From assembly GCF_006345805.1 (NCBI RefSeq), contig NC_043002.1, positions 34,534,001 to 34,598,000 of the forward strand: a stretch of DNA of 64,000 bases, written 5' to 3'. A model generated the notes under the pieces. It saw only the letters and a list, made by a program, of their open reading frames with translations. It made no database searches and was not told the DNA's origin. Positions 63,304-64,000 of the stretch are shown one piece after another (position 1 is the stretch's first letter; each line of letters opens with the position of its first letter). The position numbers and the translations under genes were made by a program. This DNA comes from Octopus sinensis (Eukaryota).

Positions 63304-63713
63304 TTCCTCTCGTCCAGTTTAACTTTTAGACAAATGAAATATAATGGACTTAGCTACACATTCCTTGTTAACTGAAACGATTGTTGTATAAAGCTGTCAT
63401 CTGATATCTTACGTTACCCCGTAGTGATTACTAATAATTCCTTCACATTTACGCTGATATTTAATTTAGTAATTCGTTCACTCATCAAGTCCCAACCTGG
63501 TAAGTCATATTGGTCATTCAAAATGTATATACACTACTCTCTTTCAATTATAATCTTTTCTACTCTAGGCACAAGGCCCGACATTTTTGTGGAGGGGGCC
63601 AGTCGATTAGATCGACCCCAGTACGCAGCTGGTATAATATAGCCATCATTTGCTTCAGTTGCATCACGTAATATCTCCTCCTCCTCTACCATCACCACTA
63701 CAACCTCCATCAT

Positions 63714-63754
<41 letters not shown>

Positions 63755-64000
63755 GCAGCACCCGAACATTGCTGTCTGGAGTTCTAGGATTCAGAGAGCT
63801 GGTTACTTCGTCTCCTTGGCGTGTAGGTGACCGAGATCTCTGCAAATCCTCCTCAATGAGATGCCAGTTCATTGAAGGCATACACATTGCAGGTGAGTGG
63901 ACTAAAGTGGACATGATGTAAGTGTCTTGCTCAAGAATAGAATACGCTGCCCCATTCCGGTAATCGAAACCTCGGTCTTGGGAGCAACACTCTTACCACT

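Larger units (their letters stand above)
50862..63660 (-). repeat. Right tRNA-Lys array, inverted relative to the left array
   Basis: Same modules in reverse complement; for example 62380-62676 matches the reverse complement of 1-300. Confidence 0.92.

Noticed and set aside
63534-63914. 126-aa ORF with poly-L/M/E runs
   Set aside because: Derived from (CAT)n(CAG)n and array sequence; no homology signal.

Overview
AT-rich, repeat-dense animal genomic DNA, most likely octopus (inferred from the SINE families, the tandem C2H2 zinc-finger style and the microsatellite load). It has three parts. (1) 1-12646 and about 50860-63660 are two oppositely oriented modular tandem arrays holding 18 full-length copies of an intron-containing tRNA-Lys(UUU) gene (9 on +, 9 on -; five match the array consensus). 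They are interspersed with antisense 3'-half tRNA cassettes, a ~240-bp near-perfect palindrome and GA/GT/TATG microsatellites. A 100-N scaffold gap closes the left array. (2) The middle carries SINEs, two full-length decayed mariners, Tc1/mariner, RTE and R4-like fragments, and a 16-finger C2H2 reading frame with no ATG and damaged flanks. (3) A composite Helitron sits at a clean A|T site in the right array. Manual folding also finds several type I hammerhead-ribozyme motifs of the Penelope-associated kind. These include a fold-back element made of two back-to-back hammerheads whose only arm mismatch is the cleavage nucleotide, and a U3-A8 compensatory-core hammerhead. Almost all ORFs in the supplied track are microsatellite or SINE artefacts. 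All coordinates were counted by hand and may be off by a few bases.
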